Source: Sulfurospirillaceae bacterium
GTDB lineage: Bacteria; Campylobacterota; Campylobacteria; Campylobacterales; Sulfurospirillaceae
Assembly: GCA_033723415.1 (NCBI GenBank)
Contig: JAWVXD010000009.1
Coordinates: 1 to 64,000, forward strand
Length of the DNA: 64,000 bases
Direction: 5' to 3'
A program made the position numbers and the translations under genes. The notes beneath the pieces are model-generated. The model saw only the letters and a list, made by a program, of their open reading frames with translations. It was not told the DNA's origin and searched no databases. This document shows, piece after piece, positions 18,491-29,187 of the stretch (within the stretch, counting starts at the first letter, position 1; each line of letters begins with the position of its first letter).

Positions 18491-19297
18491 CTATGTACGC
18501 CAGCTTAGAAGTTTTCTCTCTATCACTCCTATGAACCAGTTGATTATCACTCCGATAACAGAGAGTATAAATACGCCGGCAAAAAGTCTCTCTAGGTCGT
18601 ACAAAGAACCTGCTTGTAAAACATAAGCCCCTATACCGTAATTTGCTCCTAGCATTTCAGCAGCTACCAAAAGTATAATCGATATGGCAAGAGATATCCG
18701 AAGACCTGACAAGATGCCCGGAAGTGCTCCCGGCAGTACGATCTTACGTACGATAGAAGACCATTTAAGACCGAAACTCTGTCCCATTCGGATCAAGTTC
18801 CTGTCCACATTGTCAATAGCCGCATATGTTGCAACGACTGTCGGTGTGAATGAACCCAAAGCGATCAAAGCATATTTTGAGCCTTCATCAATCCCAAACC
18901 AGATAACAAAAAGCGGTAAAAGTGCGATTTTCGGTACAGGGAAAAGTGCAGCTACTACGGGAAGCAAGGCAGCTCTTATTAGACTAAATAATCCTATAAA
19001 AGTCCCAACGGCAATTCCGGCTGTAATACCCATCAAAGATCCGACAAAAAGACGAGTCAAAGAGGGGACAAGGTTTTTATATAAAAGACCTGATTTATAA
19101 AGATCTATAAGAGCTTGAGCGACTCCTGATGGTTTTGGCAAGGTTAGATTTGAGATCCATCCGGCAGTTGTTCCCCATTGGATAAATGCTATGAGTAGTG
19201 CAAATACAATAGGTCCGACATACATCATAGGCTTATGAGTAAATCCGCCGCCTCGAAAAGGCACTTCTTTATGATGTTCTTTGTTTTGATCATTCAT
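18491..19297 (-). CDS. NitT/TauT-type ABC permease
   Basis: PKIALLPLF, LPGALPGIL, AAEM. Confidence 0.92.
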   Translation of the reverse strand: MNDQNKEHHKEVPFRGGGFTHKPMMYVGPIVFALLIAFIQWGTTAGWISNLTLPKPSGVAQALIDLYKSGLLYKNLVPSLTRLFVGSLMGITAGIAVGTFIGLFSLIRAALLPVVAALFPVPKIALLPLFVIWFGIDEGSKYALIALGSFTPTVVATYAAIDNVDRNLIRMGQSFGLKWSSIVRKIVLPGALPGILSGLRISLAISIILLVAAEMLGANYGIGAYVLQAGSLYDLERLFAGVFILSVIGVIINWFIGVIERKLLSWRT

Positions 19298-20055
19298 AGA
19301 AGTTCTTTATCGGCCATAGCTGCCTCTTCTCTCATAAGATTCCAAAGGTGCTCTTGTTTTATAGTCAATTCATTCATATGTTCTTTCCTCTTGTTGAGTG
19401 GTATGTCAATCTCTACGATTTCACGTATAGTACCGGGTCTACGACTGAGAACAACTATCTTATGACCTAGCTGTACTGCTTCATTTAGATTGTGAGTGAC
19501 ATAACAAGCCGTAAATTTCTCTCTATCCCACAGTGATATCAGATCATCTATCAGCAAAGCAGAAGTTTGAGAGTCAAGTGCCGAAAGCGGCTCATCCATA
19601 AGTAAAACAGCCGGGCGAACGCTCAGTGCTCTTGCGATGGCAACTCTTTGTTTCATTCCGCCGCTGAGTTGTTTGGGCATGGCGTTTGCAAATTCGCTCA
19701 ATTTTGTTCTTGCCAAAACATCATCGACTATATTTTTGATATCTTTTTTTTTCATTCCATGGTCTTCAAGTACCAAAGAGATATTATCATATACACTACG
19801 CCATGGGAGCAGTGCAAAATCTTGAAAGATGTAGGTAAGAGGATTGAGTGTATTTTTTGCCGGTTCCCCGATCTGAAATATCTGACCGCTTGATGGCTTT
19901 TCCAAGCCGCCAAGCAATCTAAGTAAAGTGGATTTTCCACAGCCGGAAGGTCCTACTAGACAAACGATCTGATGTTTGTTGATCTCTAGGTCTATACCTT
20001 TTAGGACATTGACCTTGCCATAGCTGTGAAATATGTCTTTTGCAATTAGTTTCAA
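19294..20055 (-). CDS. NitT/TauT-type ABC ATPase
   Basis: GPSGCGKST, LSGGMKQR, MDEP. Confidence 0.93.
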   Translation of the reverse strand: MKLIAKDIFHSYGKVNVLKGIDLEINKHQIVCLVGPSGCGKSTLLRLLGGLEKPSSGQIFQIGEPAKNTLNPLTYIFQDFALLPWRSVYDNISLVLEDHGMKKKDIKNIVDDVLARTKLSEFANAMPKQLSGGMKQRVAIARALSVRPAVLLMDEPLSALDSQTSALLIDDLISLWDREKFTACYVTHNLNEAVQLGHKIVVLSRRPGTIREIVEIDIPLNKRKEHMNELTIKQEHLWNLMREEAAMADKELL

Positions 20056-20069
20056 GACAACAACCGGAT

Positions 20070-21086
20070 TTAGTATGTTTTTACATATCTAGGGTCAACT
20101 AGCATCTTCATCGTAACATCATCTTTGACATAGCCTTCAGCTTTAAACCAGTCCAATTGATCTTTGATACTTTTGATATCTAATTTGGCATTTTGGTTTA
20201 TTCTCATAGCTCCGTTCTTGATCAACGGGGCTGCTTTCGCATACGGTTTATCACTATAAACATATTTGTGGATCAACTTGACCATATCTTCTTCAGCTTT
20301 CTTGCCGGCAGTTTTATCTACGAGGGCGGCATTGAAATCAGCAGCACCTTTTGAAAAAGCACTCAAAAAAGCTTTTACCAATTTTGGTTTGTTCTCAGCA
20401 TTTTTTGTAGAAGTGAAAACAGTAGTGACCTGATAATCGGGAATATAATCCGAAATTTTTCCTATCAAAACTATATTTGGATTTTTGATCAAACTTTTTG
20501 CGATATGCGGTACGATAGCCCAAGCATCGATCTGCTGAGATTTTAATGCGCCTATGATCGCTCCTACTTTTTGTAAAGGTTTAAATGTAATATCAGAGTC
20601 AGGAAATCCAGATTTTTGCGCTATTTTATGTGCCATATATTGGAAAGAAGAGCCTGTCTGCGTGATCCCGAATGTGTGACCTTTGAGATCAGCCGGGGTT
20701 TTAAGACCTGCATCATATGCTTTTTTTGAAGCAAGGATCATTTGCCCGTCGATTCCTTTTTCTTCATGTAAAGCGCCTCCTATAACCTTGATAGCCCCTT
20801 TACTGGCAAGATTTATGAGTCCCCCAGTGATCGCCGTGACACCAAAATCGACGTCTCCCGAAGCGATCGCAACTGCCATAGGTTGTGCTGCTTTAAAGAA
20901 TTTGAATTTAACGTCCAGTCCGGCTTGCTTGAAATATCCTTTTTCAAATGCAACAAAACTGGCAGAATGTGATGTCCATCGCATCGCACCGACAGTTATT
21001 TTGTCTGCTGCATTGGCATAACCGACACATAATGTTAAACCTAGAGTGAGAAGTGAGAAGATTTTTTTCTTAAATTCCATTTTCAT
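20070..21086 (-). CDS. NitT/TauT (SsuA/NMT1-like) substrate-binding protein
   Basis: Signal peptide; EKGYFKQAGLDV; operon context. Confidence 0.88.
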   Translation of the reverse strand: MKMEFKKKIFSLLTLGLTLCVGYANAADKITVGAMRWTSHSASFVAFEKGYFKQAGLDVKFKFFKAAQPMAVAIASGDVDFGVTAITGGLINLASKGAIKVIGGALHEEKGIDGQMILASKKAYDAGLKTPADLKGHTFGITQTGSSFQYMAHKIAQKSGFPDSDITFKPLQKVGAIIGALKSQQIDAWAIVPHIAKSLIKNPNIVLIGKISDYIPDYQVTTVFTSTKNAENKPKLVKAFLSAFSKGAADFNAALVDKTAGKKAEEDMVKLIHKYVYSDKPYAKAAPLIKNGAMRINQNAKLDIKSIKDQLDWFKAEGYVKDDVTMKMLVDPRYVKTY

Positions 21087-21158
21087 CCTTTGATAATTTT
21101 GATTAATTATATCAAATAATGTTTAATTTCCGTACAATTTCCTATCTTCTCATTTCTT

Positions 21159-22328
21159 TTAGCTTTGCAAGTATTTCTTGTACGCAACATATAGATTTTT
21201 TATACCTTTTTGTATCTCTTCTACGGTTGCATTTGTAAAGTTCAGTCTTGCTTGAGAGCTGATCCTATGGTCTTTGAAAAAGACGGTTCCAGGGACATAA
21301 GCGACATCTTCCTTTATTGCAAAATCAAAAAGTTTCATAGTGTCTATATCGTCTTTGAATTTTACCCAAAAGAACATACCTCCCTTTGGTATTTCAAATT
21401 CTAAAGTATCACCGAAATTTTCTTGTAATGCTTTTGCCATAGCATCTCTTTTATTTTTATATACCTTGGTGATATTATCTACATGAGATGTAAGTTTATC
21501 GCCTTTTAAAATATTTGCCACTACATATTGGACAAATTTAGAACTTTGTAAGTCCGTACTCTCTTTGAGGCTTCTAAAAACTGTTATAAATTCAGTCTTT
21601 GCTTTTATCCAGCCGATTCTAAAATCGGGCACAAGAGTCTTGGAAAAAGTACCCAGATTGATAGTCTGTTCAGGTAGAAGTTCATCAAAACCTATGCAAG
21701 GTGTACCATCATATCTAAGAGCATCATAAGGACTGTCTTGTATGAGAATAATCTCGTATTTTTTTGCCAGATCAGCTACTTTTTGTCTGGTTTTTATATC
21801 CCAACTCCATCCTGTAGGATTTTGAAAAGTCGGGATCATATAGAAAAATTTTGGTTTTTGACTTTTAAAGATCTCTTCCAATTCTTCCGTGTCAACACCG
21901 GTTGCCGATAGACTAACCTCTAGTATCTTTGGATTGTAAAGAGCAAACAGATTCAATGCCGCAAGATAACTTGGTGATTCTACGACTATCGTGTCTCCTT
22001 CATTTATGAAAGCTTTACAAATGAGATCTAACCCTTGTTGTGACCCATTTGTCAAAAGTATCTCATCCGCAGTCGTATTTTTATAATTTTTTGCTATCTC
22101 TTCTCTGAGCTCCTCTACACCTGAAGCAGGACTATACTGGTATATAGACCTGCTAGTGTTTTTCAAGATATTTTGCATCTCTTCTGTTATCATGACATGA
22201 GGGAAAAGAGAAACATCCGGCAAGCCTCCGGCAAAAGAGATCACGGATGAATTTTTTGTGAGGTCAAGTATCTTTCTTGTAAAAGATCTTGGAGCATTTT
22301 TTATTCTATCGGCAAATTGTATATTCAT
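21159..22328 (-). CDS. PLP-dependent aminotransferase (LysN/ARO8-like)
   Basis: ISFAGGLP, GSQQGLD, FQNPTG, GTFSKT, RIGW. Confidence 0.9.
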   Translation of the reverse strand: MNIQFADRIKNAPRSFTRKILDLTKNSSVISFAGGLPDVSLFPHVMITEEMQNILKNTSRSIYQYSPASGVEELREEIAKNYKNTTADEILLTNGSQQGLDLICKAFINEGDTIVVESPSYLAALNLFALYNPKILEVSLSATGVDTEELEEIFKSQKPKFFYMIPTFQNPTGWSWDIKTRQKVADLAKKYEIILIQDSPYDALRYDGTPCIGFDELLPEQTINLGTFSKTLVPDFRIGWIKAKTEFITVFRSLKESTDLQSSKFVQYVVANILKGDKLTSHVDNITKVYKNKRDAMAKALQENFGDTLEFEIPKGGMFFWVKFKDDIDTMKLFDFAIKEDVAYVPGTVFFKDHRISSQARLNFTNATVEEIQKGIKNLYVAYKKYLQS

Positions 22329-22517
22329 GACATTCCTTTTTTATTTTATGACTCGTGTTATTTGAACAAAGTCCAAATAACACTCAAACACTAAAGCTTT
22401 GACTTTGTCAAGACTTGAGTTTTTTTATAGAGATAGTTTAGTATCTTATAATAATCTTGTAAAAACCGCTACAAAAAATATGATTATATCTTTGTCGAAA
22501 TGTGCTATAATCAATCT

Positions 22518-23375
22518 ATGAAAAAAAACACTAAAGATGATTATGCCCAAAGGGTAAATGAAGTATTATTTCAAATTCATCTGGATATATCCAAAGAAAA
22601 TAGTGTCAAATCACTAGCCGCACTTGTTTCTATGTCACCTTTTCATTTCAACAGAGTTTTTAAAAAAGTTACCTCAGAAAGTTTACATTCATATATCAGG
22701 CGAGTTAGGTTAGAACACTGTGCCAATGCACTTCTTTTCAATCCGGATTCAACGATTACAGAAATACTGCAAGAGTATGGTTTTGTTTCAAATTCATCAT
22801 TTACTCATGGTTTCAAAGAGTGTTTTGGCGTTACACCAACCAAGTGGAGAGAGATAGATACTCCAAAAAGCATATCTAATAATATAGAACAGATACAACC
22901 GTTAGATGTTGAGATTTGTTATCTTGAAAAAAGAAAAGTGGCATATGTCAGGCACAAAGGGTATGATAAAAGTATCAAACAAGCTTGGTATAAACTCAGT
23001 GAATGGACTGTTGAAAATCATATCTCTTTTGAGGCTTCAAAAATGATAGGTCTTCATCACAGCAATCCCAATATTGTCAAGAAAAGTGATTGTCACTACG
23101 TAGCTTGTATTGAACTAGATGACAAGATACAGTGTTACAGAAGCGGAGAGATCGGGATCATGCAAATTCCTCGAATCTTTTGTGCAAAATTTTCTTTAAA
23201 CGGAAAATACGGTGATCTGATGAAATATATGGACTACATATATTACAAATGGCTCCCAAATTCAGATTACGAGAAAGTCCATCTCCCTTCACTTGCGATT
23301 TATCACAAGAATCACTTTATAAGAGAAGATGAGTTATTTGAATTGGATTTTTATATTCCTATCAGATATAAGTGA
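22518..23375 (+). CDS. AraC-family regulator with GyrI-like effector domain
   Basis: SPFHFNRVFK HTH; C-terminal VRHKGY...YIPI. Confidence 0.9.
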   Translation: MKKNTKDDYAQRVNEVLFQIHLDISKENSVKSLAALVSMSPFHFNRVFKKVTSESLHSYIRRVRLEHCANALLFNPDSTITEILQEYGFVSNSSFTHGFKECFGVTPTKWREIDTPKSISNNIEQIQPLDVEICYLEKRKVAYVRHKGYDKSIKQAWYKLSEWTVENHISFEASKMIGLHHSNPNIVKKSDCHYVACIELDDKIQCYRSGEIGIMQIPRIFCAKFSLNGKYGDLMKYMDYIYYKWLPNSDYEKVHLPSLAIYHKNHFIREDELFELDFYIPIRYK

Positions 23376-23504
23376 TTTGATTAGATTTGACATTTTTCCC
23401 TTTGTAGAGTTTGATAAATTCACAAATTGGCTATATCGGAGATATTATGTATGATTTTAGATTTTTTAGATATTATATAAAATTATTTTTTGGTTGGTGA
23501 ATTA

Positions 23505-25400
23505 ATGAAGGAAAAAAAAATTCAAGAGTATACCCATAGTATAAATTTTGCACATATATACTTTGGAGATCAAGTTCTAAAAACACTAAAGGAATATGAA
23601 CAAGATTTCCAAAAGTTTTCATCATATAATATTGTACAAAACGGTACTAGTCTTGAGCCTGCCGAGTTAATATTTGTGGAATTAAAAAGTATTGATAAAG
23701 ATACGCTCAAATCTTTGAGTGACATTGTAAAATTTTATGCCAAAAGAGATATTTATATATTTTGTGATGATTGTGAAAATAAATTTATCTTGAAATTTGC
23801 AATTCATTATGGAATTCAAAAAGTCTTGCCGTTAGATAATAAAAAAGAAGATATTCAGAAGTTACTACTGCTTGCTTTGAAAAAACTGACAATCAAAAAT
23901 GAAGAACATGCACAACTTTTGATATGTAAGAAAATTAATTCTTTTTTCCCTCTATTTATATTCCACAAAGAGACATTGACCTTTGCCAACGAAAAAGCAA
24001 AAGCTCTATTTGGTGAAGATGATTTAGAAAAATTAGGAGATGCTTTTAAAAATCTTGAATCTACGAATTCTCTTATAAAATCAGATATCTCACTAAATAA
24101 AAAGGTTGCATTGATACAAACTGACGGGATTGAGAAAAATTACGATTTTCACTCAACTGTCTTCTCAAAAAGTGAAGATAAGCTGATTTTTGTAACTCAA
24201 AACGAAAATAATAAAAAGGAGAAAATATCTCAATCTTCCCTAAATAGATTTGAATTTATAGAGATATTAAAAGATAAGTTAGCCCAAAATATAGAAAATC
24301 AACCTTTAAACCTTATGTTTGTTAATATAGAAAATTATGAAAAATTGATGCAGACAAATAGCAATATAAAGTTGCATGATTTTACTAAAAACTTTATAGA
24401 ACTGTTGTTGAAACACAAAGACTCAGATCAGGATATAGCACAATGGAGTCAGAGGTTGTTTATTTTGCTGAATGAAAATGAAAAATTTGAAGATTTTGTG
24501 CAAAAGGTTGAATTTTTTCACAAAAAACTTTCTTATAATGAAAGCGAGAGTGAGATAATACCAATCATAAATTCTTCGGCTCTAAATATATCTGATATTG
24601 GTATAGAAGGAGTTATCAATATAATCGAGAAGATCAACAACCGTTCTTGCACCAGTGATGATTTTAATGAAATAGATTTTGTAGAATTTAGTCATTTGGA
24701 TAATTTTGAAAGCAAGAACGATCAGATCCATTATTATTTTAAAACTTGTATCAGCAATAAGACTCCGATTAAACTTTTAAATATATACAAGGGACTTTGC
24801 ATAAATACTGCATCTAAGATTTTAAAGATCAGTGAAGGAAGTTACTTCGTTGAGTGTCAAAATCTACAAGGGTACTCGATGCAGTTTGAAAAGAAAACAG
24901 TGATTCAAGCGCCTGGCTTACCTTATGATGTACAAGCGGACATCGTTTATTTGAATCTTGACAAACATTATGCAGTTCTTGATAATCTCAAATTTTTGGA
25001 CAAAAGTGCCAATAATAGGCAACATACCAGAGTTCAGCCAAGCTTTAGGACTCCTGTGAACATCAAAACGATTAAAAACTCGTATCAAGGTGAGCTTTTA
25101 GATATCTCAACACAATCAATCGCTATCAGGTTTAATCAGGCAATCAACGGCATTTTAGTCGGCGATCAGGTAGATTTGGTTTTTAAACTTCCAGATGATA
25201 CGAACTACGATGGTTTTTCGCAAATGCAAATACAAGGCAAAGTGGTCTTTGCAGACAAATATAATACAACTAGATTTAAAGTCGTCGTCATGATGAAGTT
25301 GACGAAACCGTATGATTCCTACTTACTCAAGTATATGTACGCTAGACAAAAAGAGTTGATAATGGAACTTAAAAAGATCACAAGATTAAGCAAAAAATAG
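23505..25400 (+). CDS. Multidomain PilZ-domain protein
   Basis: C-terminal RQHTR and DISTQS PilZ motifs. Confidence 0.75.
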   Translation: MKEKKIQEYTHSINFAHIYFGDQVLKTLKEYEQDFQKFSSYNIVQNGTSLEPAELIFVELKSIDKDTLKSLSDIVKFYAKRDIYIFCDDCENKFILKFAIHYGIQKVLPLDNKKEDIQKLLLLALKKLTIKNEEHAQLLICKKINSFFPLFIFHKETLTFANEKAKALFGEDDLEKLGDAFKNLESTNSLIKSDISLNKKVALIQTDGIEKNYDFHSTVFSKSEDKLIFVTQNENNKKEKISQSSLNRFEFIEILKDKLAQNIENQPLNLMFVNIENYEKLMQTNSNIKLHDFTKNFIELLLKHKDSDQDIAQWSQRLFILLNENEKFEDFVQKVEFFHKKLSYNESESEIIPIINSSALNISDIGIEGVINIIEKINNRSCTSDDFNEIDFVEFSHLDNFESKNDQIHYYFKTCISNKTPIKLLNIYKGLCINTASKILKISEGSYFVECQNLQGYSMQFEKKTVIQAPGLPYDVQADIVYLNLDKHYAVLDNLKFLDKSANNRQHTRVQPSFRTPVNIKTIKNSYQGELLDISTQSIAIRFNQAINGILVGDQVDLVFKLPDDTNYDGFSQMQIQGKVVFADKYNTTRFKVVVMMKLTKPYDSYLLKYMYARQKELIMELKKITRLSKK

Positions 25401-25458
25401 TTTTTCTTCCGGCTGTGAATAAAAAAATTGTATAATAAGCAAAAAATTAGGTAGAAAA

Positions 25459-26004
25459 ATGTTTTGGGAAATTTCGAAAGAGTTTGATTTTTGTTATGGT
25501 CATCGAGTTTGGTCTCAGGTCTTGAATCAAGAATTTGCTATGAAGACCTGCTTTACTTGTAGGCATCTGCATGGACATCAAGGCAAAATAATCATACATC
25601 TAAAAAGTGATGTTTTAAAAGACGGTATGGTTACGGACTTTGGTCACCTAAACTGGTTCAAACAATTTTTGGATGACACATTGGATCATAAATTCATAAT
25701 AGACATCAATGATCCTCTTTTTGCTACGCTTTTACCACATTTTGCAAATAAAAAAAATCTGATAGATCATCCAAGTGGATATAAAACAGTCGATTTTAGC
25801 ATCATCCAACAAGAACCGTCTCATATCTTTGAAATGTATGAGGGTTATATAATCGTAGATTTTGTGCCGACGAGTGAAAATATCTCGACATGGCTTATGA
25901 AGATCATACAAGAAAAGATGAGTAAGATCGGTGTTTTAGTATCAAGTGTAGAGTTTTTGGAAACTCCCAAGAGTAAGAGTGTAGTTTATGCTAAAAATGT
26001 TTGA
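25459..26004 (+). CDS. queD: 6-carboxytetrahydropterin synthase
   Basis: FCYGHR, CRHLHGH, MVTDF, LDH, PTSEN, ET. Confidence 0.88.
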   Translation: MFWEISKEFDFCYGHRVWSQVLNQEFAMKTCFTCRHLHGHQGKIIIHLKSDVLKDGMVTDFGHLNWFKQFLDDTLDHKFIIDINDPLFATLLPHFANKKNLIDHPSGYKTVDFSIIQQEPSHIFEMYEGYIIVDFVPTSENISTWLMKIIQEKMSKIGVLVSSVEFLETPKSKSVVYAKNV

Positions 26005-26040
26005 AGATAGATTTGAATGGTTTAAACTAGAGAAAGATCT

Positions 26041-26586
26041 CTAGTTTAAACTTTTGATGCTTTGAATGATTCGCATATTTCTTATAACTTTATTATAATA
26101 TGGATGATTATAGTTTCCACCGTTATACCTACTTACTGTTCGGAAATAGTTTTTAGTAAAATCATTTAACCAAACCAAATATTGGACAGCAACATAAATA
26201 TTAAATTTATCATCACTTAAAAGACGATTTACCAAGACGACATCGCTCATATTCTGTATTTCTGTCAAATTAAGTTTTTCTGAGATAAATCTCGCAGTTT
26301 CAAGTCTAACTTGCATAATCCCAAGAGATGCCTTGAAGATATTCGGGTCTTTGCCTATATCTCCTATTTTAAAAACTCCGGCACTCGTTTCGCTTAAACA
26401 TATAGCCATGGCTGTATACTCAAAAGTCTCTCCACTTTTATTTGGATACTGTTTTGCTATATCTTTTACAATTTTCAATGTTTCTATTTGCTGGAGTGAG
26501 AGCTTTGAAGCAACTAGGTTAGAGGTTGAAAAAATCAATATTATTATAAAGCTTCTAAGAAATAATGAAAAATTACTTTTTTTCAT
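26041..26586 (-). CDS. Exported SLT/lysozyme-like transglycosylase domain protein
   Basis: Signal peptide; ETS, GIMQV, RYNGG. Confidence 0.75.
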   Translation of the reverse strand: MKKSNFSLFLRSFIIILIFSTSNLVASKLSLQQIETLKIVKDIAKQYPNKSGETFEYTAMAICLSETSAGVFKIGDIGKDPNIFKASLGIMQVRLETARFISEKLNLTEIQNMSDVVLVNRLLSDDKFNIYVAVQYLVWLNDFTKNYFRTVSRYNGGNYNHPYYNKVIRNMRIIQSIKSLN

Positions 26587-26645
26587 TATATACCTTTAGA
26601 AAATTTGTGCTCATGTTATCTAAAGTTTCTTAAGTTTATATTAAT

Positions 26646-28256
26646 TTAAAGTAACATACCTCTTATCATGTAATAGAATATAGCCGATAGCAGAGCAGAA
26701 GCGGGCACTGTGATCAACCATGCCGCTATGATCATCTTGAGTGCCGATCGTTTTACAAGTTCATGCTTTTTGACGGCTTTTATAGCTTTTTTTTCTATTT
26801 TGCTTAATTGTATTTCACCTTGGTTCATATTGTTGATTATGGCTTTTTCTTCATTTATCTTTGTCATAAGACTTTTTATCAATATAGGATCGACTTTTTT
26901 CAGTTTGCCTAATGATTCCAAAGAGTGTTTATACTCTTCAAGTTTTTCCATCTCAGTATCAATTTTGTGTTGTTCTATCTCTTCTTCAGTCTCTTTTACA
27001 GGGTTCTTCATCAGGTATTCTCTCAAGAAGCCAACTCCAAAGACAGCACCTATTGCAATATGTGTAGAACTTACAGGGAGACCGAGTTGACTGGCTATGA
27101 TAACTGTAAGGGCTGCAGAGATAGCTACGCAAAATGCTCTTATCTGATCTAATTCCGTTATTTCACTTCCTACTGTTTTGATCAGTTTTGGACCATAAAG
27201 AGATAGACCGACAACGATCCCGATAGCACCGACTGCCATCACCCAAAATGGTATATTCGCCTTTGATATAATATTCCCCGTAGTCAATGCATCATATATA
27301 CCGGCTAATGGTCCGATAGCATTTGCAACATCATTTGATCCATGTGCAAAACTAAGAAGTGCAGCTGAGAAGATCAACGGGATATTGAAGAGTTTATTGA
27401 TGCCTTCTCTTGTGTTCGCCAGAGTGTTTGCCATATTGATGATTGAATTTTTTGTATAGAAGAATACAGCTAAAGCAACCAATAATCCGATTAATGAAGC
27501 AATAGGAAAGTCAAGATGTATCAGCCTCTTCATGCCTTTTAAGATAATATAAGTGCAAAATGCCCAAGTCATCAAAGAGAGCAGTATCGGGACCATGGTT
27601 TTTGCAGCCAAGCGTTTGTCTTCTTTGTATACTATGGTCTTTTTGATGAGAATCAAGAACAATGCAGATATGATCCCTCCAAGAAGCGGTGAGATTATCC
27701 AGCTCAAAGCTATTTCACCCATCTTAGACCAATTTACCATATTCATGCCCACAGCTGCTATACCAGAGCCCATAACCCCGCCTACTATCGAGTGTGTAGT
27801 TGATACGGGAGCTCCAAAAGCAGTGGCAAGGTTTAACCAGATGGCTCCTGCCAACAGAGCTGCCATCATGAGCCAGACAAAAGTGCTGGCATCTTTTATC
27901 AAGGTAGGGTCGATAATACCGCTTTTGATAGTCCCGACTACATTGCCGCCTGCTATAAATGATCCTAGAGCTTCAAAAACTCCGGCGATGATCACTGCTC
28001 CCATTATGCTGATAGCTTTAGAACCAACCGCAGGTCCAACATTGTTTGCTACATCGTTTGCTCCGATATTGATAGCCATATAGGCTCCGAATACGGCTGC
28101 GACTATTAGTAGTGTCGGGTTTAGAAGACCTCGTGATAGGTGAGAAGCATACCAAATAATAATTAGTATAAATACAAGTGCCCCAAGAAACTTTAAAATA
28201 TCAACTAGCCCATAATTTTGGACGTTCTGGATATCTTTAATGGATTTTAGCTCCAT
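26646..28256 (-). CDS. PiT-family inorganic phosphate transporter
   Basis: GANDVAN and HGSNDVAN; PVSTTH, PVSSTH. Confidence 0.95.
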   Translation of the reverse strand: MELKSIKDIQNVQNYGLVDILKFLGALVFILIIIWYASHLSRGLLNPTLLIVAAVFGAYMAINIGANDVANNVGPAVGSKAISIMGAVIIAGVFEALGSFIAGGNVVGTIKSGIIDPTLIKDASTFVWLMMAALLAGAIWLNLATAFGAPVSTTHSIVGGVMGSGIAAVGMNMVNWSKMGEIALSWIISPLLGGIISALFLILIKKTIVYKEDKRLAAKTMVPILLSLMTWAFCTYIILKGMKRLIHLDFPIASLIGLLVALAVFFYTKNSIINMANTLANTREGINKLFNIPLIFSAALLSFAHGSNDVANAIGPLAGIYDALTTGNIISKANIPFWVMAVGAIGIVVGLSLYGPKLIKTVGSEITELDQIRAFCVAISAALTVIIASQLGLPVSSTHIAIGAVFGVGFLREYLMKNPVKETEEEIEQHKIDTEMEKLEEYKHSLESLGKLKKVDPILIKSLMTKINEEKAIINNMNQGEIQLSKIEKKAIKAVKKHELVKRSALKMIIAAWLITVPASALLSAIFYYMIRGMLL

Positions 28257-28386
28257 TTTTTCCCTTTTATAGATTTATTTTTTCAGAAGATCATATTTTA
28301 AAGCAACTATAAATAGTCTTTAAAATATAATCTAAAACAATATAAATTTATGATGGCAAGGATATCTTCGTTATTTATTAGACAAT

Positions 28387-29079
28387 CTATTTATTATTTT
28401 TGTAAGCAACCTCTAATTTTTCATATAATTCTTCTGGACTAAGTAATTTCTCTTCTAAAAATGATAGCATTACTTCATTGTCTTCTTTGCCGTTCCAAAC
28501 CTTTTTGTACGTTCCTTCTTTGTATCCATGATCTTGTCTAAATTTGTTTAAAACATTTTTTGCTACATAATATTTATACAATATATTTAAATTTACGCCG
28601 CATTTTAGAGCTAAAGTAAAATAATCTCTCAATAATCCATCGTAAATATCTATATTGAAGTTTGTTGTTCTGTTAATGATCTTTTCAATATCGTTTATAA
28701 TTTCCATAGAAGAGACATTTTCCGGATTGTATGGTTCTTTTGTAAATTTTTCAAATCCGTGAACATCCAAAATATCCAATACAAGTTTATTTATATCGCC
28801 TCTTTGATTTATCTTGTAATCTTCTAGTATTAAGCTCATGATAAAGTGCCAGATATCAATTACCTCTATGACAGCATTTTCCCAATCTATCGGAGCGTCA
28901 ATATTTTTCCAGTGCTTCCAGTTGAAGCTGTCTATAAGTTCGGCGCACTCCATATAAATACATCTTTTCCAGTTTATCATTTTGTCGTTTTTTGTATAGC
29001 CGTTTTCCCAACCTATTCCGTTAGTTTCATCATTTAATTTTTGTTGCAATAAAAACATCTCTTCTATATAATCATGCAT
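28387..29079 (-). CDS. dut: Dimeric (all-alpha) dUTPase, Campylobacter type
   Basis: LQQKLNDETNG, WKHWK, EVIDIWHF, KNVLN.FRQ.HGYK. Confidence 0.9.
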   Translation of the reverse strand: MHDYIEEMFLLQQKLNDETNGIGWENGYTKNDKMINWKRCIYMECAELIDSFNWKHWKNIDAPIDWENAVIEVIDIWHFIMSLILEDYKINQRGDINKLVLDILDVHGFEKFTKEPYNPENVSSMEIINDIEKIINRTTNFNIDIYDGLLRDYFTLALKCGVNLNILYKYYVAKNVLNKFRQDHGYKEGTYKKVWNGKEDNEVMLSFLEEKLLSPEELYEKLEVAYKNNK

Positions 29080-29187
29080 GTTGATTTCTCTCTCCTTAGC
29101 TTTTAAGATATGCGGCGTAAATTATACCATTTATTTAAAAATAGTTTAATTACAGATGGTATAATATGCCAAATTTAAAGGATTTGT

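Noticed and set aside
23512..23520. Phase-variable homopolymer (A9) in the PilZ gene
   Set aside because: In frame; A-runs are common here, and Campylobacter contingency tracts are typically poly-G/C
27553..28083. Long antisense ORFs (also 7356-7799, 9463-10074, 18684-19100, 48324-48755, 52007-52462)
   Set aside because: Shadows of well-supported genes on the opposite strand, with no motifs
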